Source: Clostridia bacterium
Lineage (GTDB): Bacteria > Bacillota > Clostridia > Christensenellales > Aristaeellaceae
DNA length: 64,000 nucleotides
Reading direction: 5' to 3'
NCBI GenBank assembly: GCA_017429695.1
Contig: JAFROK010000025.1
Location: 4,436 to 68,435, forward strand
Shown here one piece after another: positions 1 to 9,405 of the stretch. The stretch's first letter is position 1, and each line of letters starts with the position of its first letter. The notes under the pieces are model-generated. The model worked only from the letters and a program-made list of their open reading frames with translations. It was not told where the DNA came from and made no database searches. A program made the position numbers and the translations under genes.

Positions 1-1199
1 AGTAAGATTGAACCGTTGGCAGTTGCATCAGGATCTGTCTCTTGTAACTGAATGGTTACTTCTCCCAGATAATTCAGGTATGAAACACAGAAGCCAAGCG
101 AAACTTCAGCAGTTACCGACTCTCCTTCACCATTTGTTCCGTCTCCGTTTTCTCCTTTTACAAACTTTGCGGTAAAATCATCAGTGTTTTCATACATTCC
201 ACCGCCTATACTGTTTATTACTTCATCAAGAGTATGACCACTGTGCAAAAGTGAGAATATCGTATTTAATCCGGTCCTGAATTCCCCGGCGCTAAAGCTG
301 CTATAATCTGTTGGATTGTCTGCCTGAGCCAGATATGACAGATATAAAGTTGCCAAATATCCCATTGTATAAGCACTTATACGATTACCGTCAGCCTCTG
401 AAGTACCTATATCCGGTACGTGAGTAGGACCGCCTTCGACAGGATATACCTCTGAATACTCTTTATAGAACTTTAAAAGATCATCGGTACAGACCTCAGC
501 GCTCTCGCCGTTTTCTCTGCTATATCCATAGATCTTGCTGTACTGGTCATATCTGAAGGTATAAACATTTTCTACTGCTGAGGCAATGCCCTCACTGAAC
601 CATCCCGGGTAATTATTTGTTTTATCATCCGTGTTTCCGGCTCTTATATAGTCGTTCAAAAACGCATGCATCATTTCGTGAATTACCGTGTTTTCGAGAT
701 TGGCTCGCTCACTCTCCTTAAATGTATATGTTCCTGTTTCCGGATCCTGCTCAAACAGTGTTAAGGCATTTACACCAAGCATACAAACATAGCTTTCTGT
801 TCCTAAAGGGAATCCTGAAACATATGCTAAAGATTTGCTGGTGGATGCAAGACTATCCGGAAACTCCGATGTATAAACAATAAGCCCGATTCTTTCACCA
901 ATAGCCTTTCCGCCATCAGTTTCTATGAAAGTAGGAAATGCTGTAGTCAACTGAGAAACAACCTGCGGAAGGATATCATCAGAAATAAGGTTATAGAGCA
1001 ATGCCATGTTGTCATATCCAAGATGATCAATTGCACTCTTGGAACAGTATATGAGGATAGGGTCCTGCTCCTGTGGCTGAGATGCATCAGAGCCACCTGA
1101 AGATGCGGGGCTGATTTCTGATGCCGCGCTTTCAGCCATTACCGGCACGATGCCTGCCATCAGGCACAGACAAAGGAATAAAGCAATCAATTTTTTCAT
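1..1199 (-). CDS. Secreted gluzincin-type Zn metallopeptidase (flagellinolysin/M9-like); 3' end outside window
   Basis: Not in the ORF track because it has no stop in the window. ATG at 1199 reads MKKLIALFLCLCLMAGIVPVMA (signal peptide). In-frame NLENTVIHEMMHAF (HExxH at 666-680) followed by YPGWFSEGIASAVE. Confidence 0.75.
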   Translation of the reverse strand, partial: MKKLIALFLCLCLMAGIVPVMAESAASEISPASSGGSDASQPQEQDPILIYCSKSAIDHLGYDNMALLYNLISDDILPQVVSQLTTAFPTFIETDGGKAIGERIGLIVYTSEFPDSLASTSKSLAYVSGFPLGTESYVCMLGVNALTLFEQDPETGTYTFKESERANLENTVIHEMMHAFLNDYIRAGNTDDKTNNYPGWFSEGIASAVENVYTFRYDQYSKIYGYSRENGESAEVCTDDLLKFYKEYSEVYPVEGGPTHVPDIGTSEADGNRISAYTMGYLATLYLSYLAQADNPTDYSSFSAGEFRTGLNTIFSLLHSGHTLDEVINSIGGGMYENTDDFTAKFVKGENGDGTNGEGESVTAEVSLGFCVSYLNYLGEVTIQLQETDPDATANGSIL

Positions 1200-1423
1200 A
1201 GGTTCCATCCTTTCTTTTCTCGCTGCCCGTTTGAAAGCAGTGGAACGATTATTCTGCCGTGTCGATTCCGGCGATTCCGATACGTTTCCTGGTAAGCTTC
1301 CTGCTGCCCATTCTCTTCATCAGGGATCTCATCATCCAATTCCTGTTCTCGTTTTTCATTCGGACGCTCACTCATGGCAGAGTCCTCTTCAGCATCCTTT
1401 CCGTCCACTCCTGTGATCCTCAA
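1196..1423 (-). CDS. Small acidic hypothetical protein (start may be the MSERP ATG near 1375)
   Basis: Fills the gap between the glutaredoxin and peptidase genes, with an ATGA stop/start overlap at 1196-1199. Confidence 0.4.
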   Translation of the reverse strand: MRITGVDGKDAEEDSAMSERPNEKREQELDDEIPDEENGQQEAYQETYRNRRNRHGRIIVPLLSNGQREKKGWNL

Positions 1424-1709
1424 TAGAGCAGGCGTTCGGAGAACCGTATTCGATCAGTCCCACGTCCGCAGGATCAATGGACACCCGCCCGTCATCAAAC
1501 ACGAATGCCGGAATGCCGACATCGCCGATTTCTTTGCAATGGTCAAAGACGGGATTCGTATCCCTGAGGCGGGTAAAGGCACTCATGTTCCGGATGTTTT
1601 CCCCGATATTGATGTATTCGAATTCATCCTCACGTCCCGCGATCTGCTCGTGTATATAATCACAATACGGGCATGTGGGCATTCCGTAGATTTTAATCAT
1701 CCTTTGCAA
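1389..1709 (-). CDS. Glutaredoxin-like protein
   Basis: MIKIYGMPTCPYC (CPYC motif) and the VGIPAFV cis-Pro loop; start probably near 1700. Confidence 0.85.
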   Translation of the reverse strand: MQRMIKIYGMPTCPYCDYIHEQIAGREDEFEYINIGENIRNMSAFTRLRDTNPVFDHCKEIGDVGIPAFVFDDGRVSIDPADVGLIEYGSPNACSIEDHRSGRKGC

Positions 1710-1962
1710 CCTCCATTCGTTAATCCAAATACTATTTTCTATTCATCTTCAACATAAATGAAACCCGCAAATATCAATATTCCATATCAACTGCCTTATT
1801 TCCTGTCAGGGGGTGTTTTGCTTGCTGCTTCGACCGGTTGATGATCCACGTCCGACGCGCTGGCATTGATCGGGCTGGTCTGATCATTCTGAAAGTTTCT
1901 TGAACCGGCATCCTTTTTCGTGATAGAATGTTCACGACAAATGGAAAAGGAGAGAACTGCTC

Positions 1963-2697
1963 ATGAAGAAACTGATTGTCGCTATTCTGTTATTGGCGAT
2001 GCTTTTTTCTGTTGCTCTCGCGGAAGAAACCCTTCCGGATTTGTCCAATATCTCAGTGGGGGATGTTATTACTTTCGGTCACTATGAGCAGGACAACAAT
2101 CCGGATAATGGTGCGGAACCTATTGAGTGGATTGTTCTTGACGTACAGGGTGGCAGAGCACTGCTGCTAAGCAAATATGGTCTGGATGCAAAACCTTTCC
2201 ATTCGAAATTAACAGGAGCCACATGGGAAACCTGTACATTGCGAGCTTGGCTGAATAGTGATTTCCTGAATGCCGCATTCAACGCGGAAGAGCAGTCTTT
2301 GATCCTGATTACTGATGTGGATAATGGCTCAGATCAAGGCTACAAGGATTGGGATTCTTCCGGCGGGAATAATACGCAGGATCGGATATTTCTGTTAAGC
2401 TATTATGAATCGAACCAGTATCTGGGTGTAAAATTTTGGCAGGATGAAGATGCAAACAAGGTTGAAGCGCGAGTTGCGCCGACAGAGTATGCTGTCAGTT
2501 TAGGCGCTGATACCAGCACAACTATGCAGACAGCGGAAGGTGAGGCGACAGTATGGTGGTGGCTTCGGTCCCCTGGCGAAATTCAGAGTGTAGCGGCCTG
2601 TGTGACCAGTGGCGGTTCACTTCGTAACAGTGGACTTAATGCCGATGGTTGTGCCGATCGTCCCGCTTTCTGGCTGAACCTGAATCCTGATATCTGA
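1963..2697 (+). CDS. Secreted DUF6273-type protein
   Basis: Signal peptide; FGHYEQDNN..NG.EPIEWIVL, TWETCTLRAWLN, RIFLLS and WWWLRSPG motifs. Confidence 0.85.
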   Translation: MKKLIVAILLLAMLFSVALAEETLPDLSNISVGDVITFGHYEQDNNPDNGAEPIEWIVLDVQGGRALLLSKYGLDAKPFHSKLTGATWETCTLRAWLNSDFLNAAFNAEEQSLILITDVDNGSDQGYKDWDSSGGNNTQDRIFLLSYYESNQYLGVKFWQDEDANKVEARVAPTEYAVSLGADTSTTMQTAEGEATVWWWLRSPGEIQSVAACVTSGGSLRNSGLNADGCADRPAFWLNLNPDI

Positions 2698-2788
2698 TTT
2701 TATCCCTTTCAATCCTATATTTTTCCGCGCCGGTGAATTCACCGGCGTTTTTCAATGCGTTCAAAAAGGAGAAATTGTATGTCTTACT

Positions 2789-2956
2789 ATGGAAAAAGGA
2801 TGGGCCGATCTGGATGACCGGTCCAACATGGAAAATGTCTGGAAACAATATCACGCGCTCGGCGGCAACGGGGATATGAAGGATATGAGGCGGACGTTCC
2901 GCCATCTGCCGATGGTTCCCGGCGGTCAGCCGATGGTGGTATCAGACGAAGAGTAA
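2789..2956 (+). pseudogene. Phage lysis-region small protein remnant (55 aa)
   Basis: MEKGWADLDDRSNMENVWKQYHALGGNGDM resembles the C-terminal half of the small proteins found next to clostridial phage holins; the N-terminal hydrophobic part is absent. Confidence 0.45.
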
Positions 2957-3586
2957 CTCTGCAAGGTGCCGGATTTCTGCGCCGGCCTCCCGGGCGTCTT
3001 TTACGCAGGTGTTGCAGTAGCCCACAACTTCCCGGGTTGGGTATTCTGAAATATGCTTCTGCATATAGGATGCCCATTCTTCCTGAGGCAGGATGGTCAG
3101 GTGCTCCGGCAGATATTCGCCAAAGTAGTGAGGCGCGAACTTCAGCGTCTGCGGAAATGGATCGTGAAGCATAAATGTTCCGCAGTATGTTTCTTCATCC
3201 CGGTTAACAGGCATTTCAACCATTTCAGCGCCTGTATGGGCCAGGCATTCCCGTACTGCCTCATGGATTCCATGCATGCTGCGGGCCCGGAAACAGTCCT
3301 GCAGCGTGAAAGTTCGCCCCCGGAGATCCGACCAAGGGAAATCCTTCCGGGACAGCAGGAACTCAAAAATATTGAGCTGTGGAATATCCGGACGCATTTC
3401 TTTCAGCAGATGCATACAGCTCATACAGATGGTGATAATGGTATCCCCTTGTTTCGGAAGAGCTTGCGTCACCTTGCAGCAGCCGGCAATCGTGACATCC
3501 GGCTGGGTTTCCATATATGCGCGTATTTTATGGGCGGCCTCCGGGAAAAAGCGCTGGAAATTGCAGCTGGGATAATAGATATACAT
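2942..3586 (-). CDS. Cys-rich putative Fe-S (CCG-like) protein
   Basis: Start MYIYYPSCNF at 3586 preceded by GGAG; GCC, CMSC, QDC, YCG and CNTC Cys motifs. Confidence 0.65.
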   Translation of the reverse strand: MYIYYPSCNFQRFFPEAAHKIRAYMETQPDVTIAGCCKVTQALPKQGDTIITICMSCMHLLKEMRPDIPQLNIFEFLLSRKDFPWSDLRGRTFTLQDCFRARSMHGIHEAVRECLAHTGAEMVEMPVNRDEETYCGTFMLHDPFPQTLKFAPHYFGEYLPEHLTILPQEEWASYMQKHISEYPTREVVGYCNTCVKDAREAGAEIRHLAELLFV

Positions 3587-3808
3587 GAAGCAAGCACTCC
3601 TTATTTTATATGCAGTTAACCTATAACCTGTTTTCGATATTGCTTTCCGTAACTCTTGCCTCCGGGTTTTTCCGGAAGCAGAAATATATGATTGTGTAAA
3701 GGAGAAAGGATTTATGATCAACTGGAGGAAAATCAGACTGATGAACAAACAATTCTGGGCAAACATGATTCCATTCATAATTCCGAATTGGCACAGTACT
3801 GTCAGCCG

Positions 3809-5542
3809 TCAGGCCGCTTCGTCCGTTTCCTGCCGGACATATCGATAAATGTATTCTTCTGCCAGCTCATCGATCCGGCCCGTCTCTTTTTCTTTTTCCA
3901 GGAATTCATTCACATAACTCAGCAGGTCTTCCGATCCTTTCGGCATCAGAACGCCGAGCTGTCCGTTTGTGAACGGCTCGTAAATCAGAGGGGCGGCAAG
4001 CCTCTCATCCTGCCCCACATAGTAGCCAGCCTCCATGATCTCCGTGATCATGACATCCGCTTTCCCGGAAGCAACAAGCCCCGGAATCTCCTGATTGATC
4101 TCATGGATGATCAGCGTGGCATCCGGCAGGTTCTCACGGGCGAACTTCTCATTCAGTCCGCCGGGGTTCTCCATCACACGGACTTCCGGATGATTGATGG
4201 CTTCCAAGGATGTATATTTCTCTGCGTCCTCTGCCCGGCACAGAACCGTCTTTCCATTCTCCAGATATCCCTCAGACATCAGCGCCTGCTCTTTTCTGGC
4301 GTCCGTGATCGTAATACCGCATATCGCCAGATCGAATTTACCGGCCAGAGTATCTTCCATCAGGGTCGGCCAGGATGTTTTCACATACTCTGTCTTCACC
4401 CCCAGAGAGGCAGCCAGGTCCTCCGCAAGCGCCGCGTCAAAACCCACATAGGTGTTCGTCTCCGGATCCAGATAGGACATCGGCAGATAATCTCCTGCAG
4501 TTCCTACCCGCAGTACACCGTTTTTCCGGATGGCATATATCACGTTATTTTCTTCGCCCGCTGCCTGTGTGCTGCCAAGAAATCGGATCAGCCTGTCCTG
4601 GAAATCGCGATAATACGGCTTTTCAATGAAGGCCACATGGGACGCTCCTTCGATCACTTCCAGTTCGGAACCGGCCGGAAGGTCGTCAAGGACCGCGTTC
4701 ACGCGGCTGAAGTCCAGATAGAGATCCTGATCCCCGCAGATCACAAGCGTGGGGACCGTGATTTTTTTCAGATTAATCAGAGACTGTGTTTTGTCCACAC
4801 AAATATCCCGTCTGCCGCCGTTGGGACTGGATTCTTTGTCATAATGCCAGGAGCCTGAACAAAGCATTTCAATGACAACAGGATCCGCAATCAGGTAATT
4901 GAACGTCCCGTCTTCATTTTTCTGGAAATCATCCGCTGCATGCTCCCATGTATTGTGATGGAACGGCTCTGTTACGTCGGCCTTGCCGAGGCCGCTCAGG
5001 ATGGGCGCAAAAAGGACAAGCCTGTTTATATGCCCGGGATGGTTTGAGACAAACCGGCCGGCCGTCACTGTTCCCCAGCTCCAGCCCAGCAGATCGATCT
5101 TGTCCTGCCCGGATATTTCACAGATCTTCTCCACGGCGGCATGGATATCCTCCGCTGCATAATCCGAATCCGGAAGGAAGCCGTCTTCCACTTCCTCTGA
5201 CTGACCGAATCCCGCGATATCCAGCCGCCATACAGCATAGCCTTCCCGTGCGAGAAACCGTACCAGGCTGTAATCCTCATAATCGATATCGAACTCGTGG
5301 GAGGAATATGTAACGCCGTGGATCAGGAGGATATTTCTGTCCGGATTCGATCCCGTGACCGACATGCGGTCCAGATGCAGATCGATGCCGTTTCTTTCCA
5401 GAGGGTATTCATTATAGCTGTACGAAACAGACGGCTCCGCCGCGCTGCTTTGCTTTTGTGGTTCCTCCCCGGAAGCACATGTCGCCAGTGAAAAGATCAA
5501 CATAACGGCAAGAACCATTGCTGTTATTTTCTTCATATCCAA
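3809..5542 (-). CDS. Secreted alpha/beta hydrolase fused to a family 3 substrate-binding (PheC/cyclohexadienyl dehydratase-like) domain
   Basis: Signal peptide; LIHG, GWSWG nucleophile, GDQD and ASH triad residues; C-terminal GVLRVGTAGDYLPMSY...DLAICGITIT..R. Confidence 0.85.
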   Translation of the reverse strand: MDMKKITAMVLAVMLIFSLATCASGEEPQKQSSAAEPSVSYSYNEYPLERNGIDLHLDRMSVTGSNPDRNILLIHGVTYSSHEFDIDYEDYSLVRFLAREGYAVWRLDIAGFGQSEEVEDGFLPDSDYAAEDIHAAVEKICEISGQDKIDLLGWSWGTVTAGRFVSNHPGHINRLVLFAPILSGLGKADVTEPFHHNTWEHAADDFQKNEDGTFNYLIADPVVIEMLCSGSWHYDKESSPNGGRRDICVDKTQSLINLKKITVPTLVICGDQDLYLDFSRVNAVLDDLPAGSELEVIEGASHVAFIEKPYYRDFQDRLIRFLGSTQAAGEENNVIYAIRKNGVLRVGTAGDYLPMSYLDPETNTYVGFDAALAEDLAASLGVKTEYVKTSWPTLMEDTLAGKFDLAICGITITDARKEQALMSEGYLENGKTVLCRAEDAEKYTSLEAINHPEVRVMENPGGLNEKFARENLPDATLIIHEINQEIPGLVASGKADVMITEIMEAGYYVGQDERLAAPLIYEPFTNGQLGVLMPKGSEDLLSYVNEFLEKEKETGRIDELAEEYIYRYVRQETDEAA

Positions 5543-5783
5543 TCCTCACTTTTTTCATAAATATCCTTTCGGAATTCCAGACCCTTGATCCATAAGTGAT
5601 CAAAGGTCTTCTTTTTTTGCGTCCCTCACATGTTTCTTCATATTATGCAGAAAATGCGATTATGAAAAATATGCTTAATAATTTTCTCACAAGTCCACCT
5701 CGCAAATCATTTTATTCATGCCTGTGGCTATCACTATGCAGAAAAGGCATAGTGATAGCCGCAACATTCAGAACAAAGAAATA

Positions 5784-5808
5784 CCCTTGAAGCCTTATGC
5801 TTCAAGGG
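5784..5808 (-). terminator. Hairpin downstream of tRNA-Ala(CGC)
   Basis: CCCTTGAAGC-cttat-GCTTCAAGGG perfect inverted repeat. Confidence 0.65.
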
Positions 5809-5814
5809 CTTGCG

Positions 5815-5887
5815 TGGAGCATAGGGGAGTCGAACCCCTGACCTCGACAATGCGAATGTCGCGCGCTACCAACTGTGCTAATGCCCC
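5815..5887 (-). tRNA. tRNA-Ala(CGC)
   Basis: Reverse complement GGGGCATTAGCACAGTTGGTAGCGCG-CGACA-TT-CGC-AT-TGTCG-AGGTCAGGGGTTCGACTCCCCTATGCTCCA; G3:U70 Ala identity pair. Confidence 0.97.
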
Positions 5888-6152
5888 ATGTATGGATCCC
5901 GGGTTTTCCGGGGAAGCTTCCTCGACTTTACCGTCCGGAGGTTTGGGACGCTGCAGCCTTTTTTGACTGCGAACGGGAGTATATCATAAATATTCGGAAA
6001 TGGCAAGCTGTTTTTAAAAATCCCGGCGATTAATCTTTGCGGACTAAACGCGGACAGCAAAAGCCGATATTGTTGTGAGGATACCGATTGTATGGTATAA
6101 TATGAGATATGAAAATCATCATATAGAATACGGAACGGGGGAAAACGGAACA

Positions 6153-7601
6153 ATGACAGCCGGGAACATATTCAATATAATTATCATTGCGGCAGGAATC
6201 GGAATCTGCGGAATGAACATCCTGCAGGTCAGTACGGGAGCACGGTTATCCAAAGAAGCCACGAGATATTTCCAGTTCTTTTTCGGCATGGTCCTGCTGT
6301 ATATCGGCAGCCATCTTGCGCGCCAGCTGATGGAAGGCGTTCCGGGGCAGGGAATACGGATTGCCCTGATTACTGTGACGCTGCTGGAGTTCCTGGCTTC
6401 CGGCATGATGGCCTACCTTTTTTCCATGCTTACGCTGCATGTCGCCAACCCGGAACGGTATCGGAAAACACTTCAGCGGGTGTTCCTGGGCATGCTTGCC
6501 GTGTACACAGTGCTGATGATTGTTTCACAGTTTACCGACCTTTGCTACTATTTTGACAGCGAGAACGTTTATCAAAGGTCTCCGGGTTATCTGCTCTCCA
6601 ACCTGGCGCATATCGTGATGCTGGGGATCGACATTTTCCTGCTGATTCGCTGGCGGAATAATTTCAGGCCGCGGATCCGGCGCGCTTTCTGGACCTACAT
6701 TATTGCGCCTTTTGCGGCGATTGCAGCGCAGGCTTTCTTTCGGGATGTCCAGCTGATTATCCTGGCCACGGTTGCCGCGGCGGTCTATATGGCGATGGTG
6801 ATCATGCGGGACCAGATGGAGAAATACGAACAGGAGCATGAAACCGCGACGCGGATGGGCGCCGAGCTGAGCATGGCCACCGACATACAGGCCAGCCAGC
6901 TGCCCCGGCTTTTTCCGGCTTTCCCCAATCGCCCGGAGTTTGACATCTTTGCCAGCATGACGCCTGCAAAAGAGGTGGGCGGCGATTTCTACGATTTCTT
7001 CCTGATTGACGATGACCACATCGGGCTGGTGATGGCGGATGTTTCCGGCAAGGGCGTGCCGGCTGCGCTGTTTATGATGGTGGCCCGGGTGCTGATTAAG
7101 TCCCATCTCCAGAACGGCGAGAGCGTCGGCGAAGCGCTGGAGAACGTGAACGACCAGCTTTGTGAGAGCAACGAAGCTGAACTGTTTGTGACCGTCTGGG
7201 CGGCGGTGATCCAGATTTCCACGGGCAAAGGAACTGCCGCCAATGCGGGCCATGAACATCCGGCCCTGCGCCGGGTCGGCGGCGAGTATGAACTCGTGAC
7301 CTATCGCCATTCTCCTGCCGTGGCCACCCTGGAAGGCATTCCGTACAAGGAACACAGTTTCGAACTCCACCCTGGCGACAGCTTGTTTGTCTACACCGAC
7401 GGTGTTGCGGAAGCCACGAATGCCGGGAATGAACTTTTCGGCACAGACCGGATGCTCAGGGCGCTCAACCGGAATCCGGACGCCGTGCCGGAGGAAGTGT
7501 TGTCCAACGTTATGGATGGCATCAACACATTTGTGGCCGGAGCGGAACAGTTTGATGATATTACTATGCTGTGCATGCGGTATAACGGGGTACAGAAGTG
7601 A
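6153..7601 (+). CDS. Membrane-bound SpoIIE/PP2C (RsbU-like) phosphatase
   Basis: About 7 TM segments, then PAKEVGGDFYDF, DVSGKGVPAAL, NAGH, YTDGVAEA and QFDDITM; start taken at MTAGN. Confidence 0.92.
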   Translation: MTAGNIFNIIIIAAGIGICGMNILQVSTGARLSKEATRYFQFFFGMVLLYIGSHLARQLMEGVPGQGIRIALITVTLLEFLASGMMAYLFSMLTLHVANPERYRKTLQRVFLGMLAVYTVLMIVSQFTDLCYYFDSENVYQRSPGYLLSNLAHIVMLGIDIFLLIRWRNNFRPRIRRAFWTYIIAPFAAIAAQAFFRDVQLIILATVAAAVYMAMVIMRDQMEKYEQEHETATRMGAELSMATDIQASQLPRLFPAFPNRPEFDIFASMTPAKEVGGDFYDFFLIDDDHIGLVMADVSGKGVPAALFMMVARVLIKSHLQNGESVGEALENVNDQLCESNEAELFVTVWAAVIQISTGKGTAANAGHEHPALRRVGGEYELVTYRHSPAVATLEGIPYKEHSFELHPGDSLFVYTDGVAEATNAGNELFGTDRMLRALNRNPDAVPEEVLSNVMDGINTFVAGAEQFDDITMLCMRYNGVQK

Positions 7602-7636
7602 CAACCAGTCGCATGGAGATTGTGGAGGAAAGCACG

Positions 7637-8521
7637 ATGAAGAACGTTAACGCGAATTCGGACATGATTGCCCGGAAGTATATGGATTCCCTGGTAATCG
7701 AAGAACGCCTGCTCGGTGCGGCGCAGCCGGACACGGAAGTCACATTCCTGGGGGAAACCTTTGCGACGCCCATTATGACAGGCGCACTGAGCCACCTGAA
7801 GAACGGAATGGCAGCATATGCGGAAGGGGCACGGAAAGCCAACGCGGCCTGCTGCATCGGGATGGGGAACAACGAGGAACTGGGCGCCTGCCTGGAGACA
7901 GGCGCAAAAGTGATCAAGGTGATTAAGCCCTATGCGGACCGGGAGGAGATTTTTTCCCGCATCCGGTTTGCCGAGGAGCACGGCGCGCTGGCGGTCGGAA
8001 TGGACGGCGGGCACGCCATCAAACCGGAATCCGCCGAATATGATACCATTGTCGGCTGTGCTATGAAGCTGCCGACAATGGATGAATTCCGGGAATATAT
8101 TACGGCAACGAAGCTGCCTTTTTTCATGAAGGATATCCTGAGCGCCCGTGACGCGTTGCTGGCGAAAGAACTGGGCTGTGCCGGCGTGATTCTCAGCCAT
8201 CATCACGACCTGATGCACTGGGCGGCGCCGCCGGTGATGCTCCTGCCCGAAATCCGGGAGGCTGTCGGGAATGATTTCATCCTGATTGCGGACGGTGGCA
8301 TTGATGACGGATTTGACGTATTCAAGGCGCTGGCCATGGGCGCTGATATGGTATGCACCGGAAGGGCGCTCATGGAGCCGTACATGAAGGAGGGCTCAGA
8401 TGGGGTGGCGCAGAAGCTTCGGACCATGACGGATGAACTGGCATCCATGATGTACCGTACGAACGCGGCAGACGTGAAGAGCATTGACCGGAGCGTGATT
8501 CACCAGGCGTGGTGGCTATAA
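7637..8521 (+). CDS. FMN-dependent alpha-hydroxy-acid dehydrogenase family protein
   Basis: TPIMTGALSH, ILSHH, IADGGI..GFDVFKALAMGAD.V..GR; GGAGG RBS before MKNVN. Confidence 0.88.
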   Translation: MKNVNANSDMIARKYMDSLVIEERLLGAAQPDTEVTFLGETFATPIMTGALSHLKNGMAAYAEGARKANAACCIGMGNNEELGACLETGAKVIKVIKPYADREEIFSRIRFAEEHGALAVGMDGGHAIKPESAEYDTIVGCAMKLPTMDEFREYITATKLPFFMKDILSARDALLAKELGCAGVILSHHHDLMHWAAPPVMLLPEIREAVGNDFILIADGGIDDGFDVFKALAMGADMVCTGRALMEPYMKEGSDGVAQKLRTMTDELASMMYRTNAADVKSIDRSVIHQAWWL

Positions 8522-8533
8522 GCGGGATGAGTT

Positions 8534-9379
8534 TTATGCCTTGCCGGCGGAACCGAAGAGGTCGATCTTGTTCCGGACCACTTCCTTCATGGATTCGATC
8601 TCATAGGGAATCAGTCCCATCATGCTTTTTGCACCGTTTTTCAGGCCTTCTTCGATGCCGGCTTTACCCGCTTTGTCCAGATCGGTGAAGATGTTGATTT
8701 TGCAGATGCCCCGGCGGACCGCTTCCCGGAAATCATCGTCAGACAGTCCGCTGCCGCCGTGCAGCACGAGCGGGGTTCCGGCGGCTCCCCGGATCGCGGT
8801 GATCCGGTCAAAATCCAGCTTCGGCGGGAATTTATAATCCCCGTGGGCGTTGCCGACGGCAACAGCCAGCGCGTCCACGCCGGTCCGGCAGACAAAGTCC
8901 GCGGCGACGGCGGGATCAGTATAGTAGTCGGATGGGTTTTCCAGCTTTCCCGACCCTTCGTTATCGCCCACATGCCCCAGTTCGCCTTCAACCGTGACGT
9001 TCATGCCATGGCAGATCCGGACCATTTCCGCGACCCGGGTGAGGTTTTCCTCATAGGAAGCAGTGGAGCAGTCGTACATGACAGAGGAAAAGCCCAGCTT
9101 CAGCGCTTCCATGCACTTTTCAAAGGTGAGGCCGTGATCGTAATGCACCGCCACCGGCACGCGGGCTTTCTTTGCCATCGGAATCAGGTATTCAGCGACC
9201 CGTTCCAGGGGCATGGCGGGCAGCAGGACTTCCGCCGTACCGACAATGACCGGCGCGCGCATTTCTTCCGCCGTTTCAATGACCGCACGGGCCATCTCCA
9301 CATTCACCGCATTGAAAAAACCGATGCCGTACCGCTGCTGTTGCGCTGCGGCCAGCATTTCTTTCATATTGACAAGCAT
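8534..9379 (-). CDS. Class II fructose/tagatose-bisphosphate aldolase
   Basis: VHYDHG, SVMYDCS, VEGELGHVG, AVGNAHG, LVLHGGSG, KINIFT. Confidence 0.95.
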   Translation of the reverse strand: MLVNMKEMLAAAQQQRYGIGFFNAVNVEMARAVIETAEEMRAPVIVGTAEVLLPAMPLERVAEYLIPMAKKARVPVAVHYDHGLTFEKCMEALKLGFSSVMYDCSTASYEENLTRVAEMVRICHGMNVTVEGELGHVGDNEGSGKLENPSDYYTDPAVAADFVCRTGVDALAVAVGNAHGDYKFPPKLDFDRITAIRGAAGTPLVLHGGSGLSDDDFREAVRRGICKINIFTDLDKAGKAGIEEGLKNGAKSMMGLIPYEIESMKEVVRNKIDLFGSAGKA

Positions 9380-9405
9380 GATCTTTCCTCCAGGTTATCG
9401 AATCT

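Noticed and set aside
3587-3778. N-terminal extension of the 278-aa ORF
   Set aside because: AT-rich promoter-like DNA; the RBS supports a start at 3586.
5888-5985. Separate ncRNA in the tRNA-Ala(CGC) leader
   Set aside because: Only short hairpins are present, consistent with an ordinary pre-tRNA leader; no family recognised.
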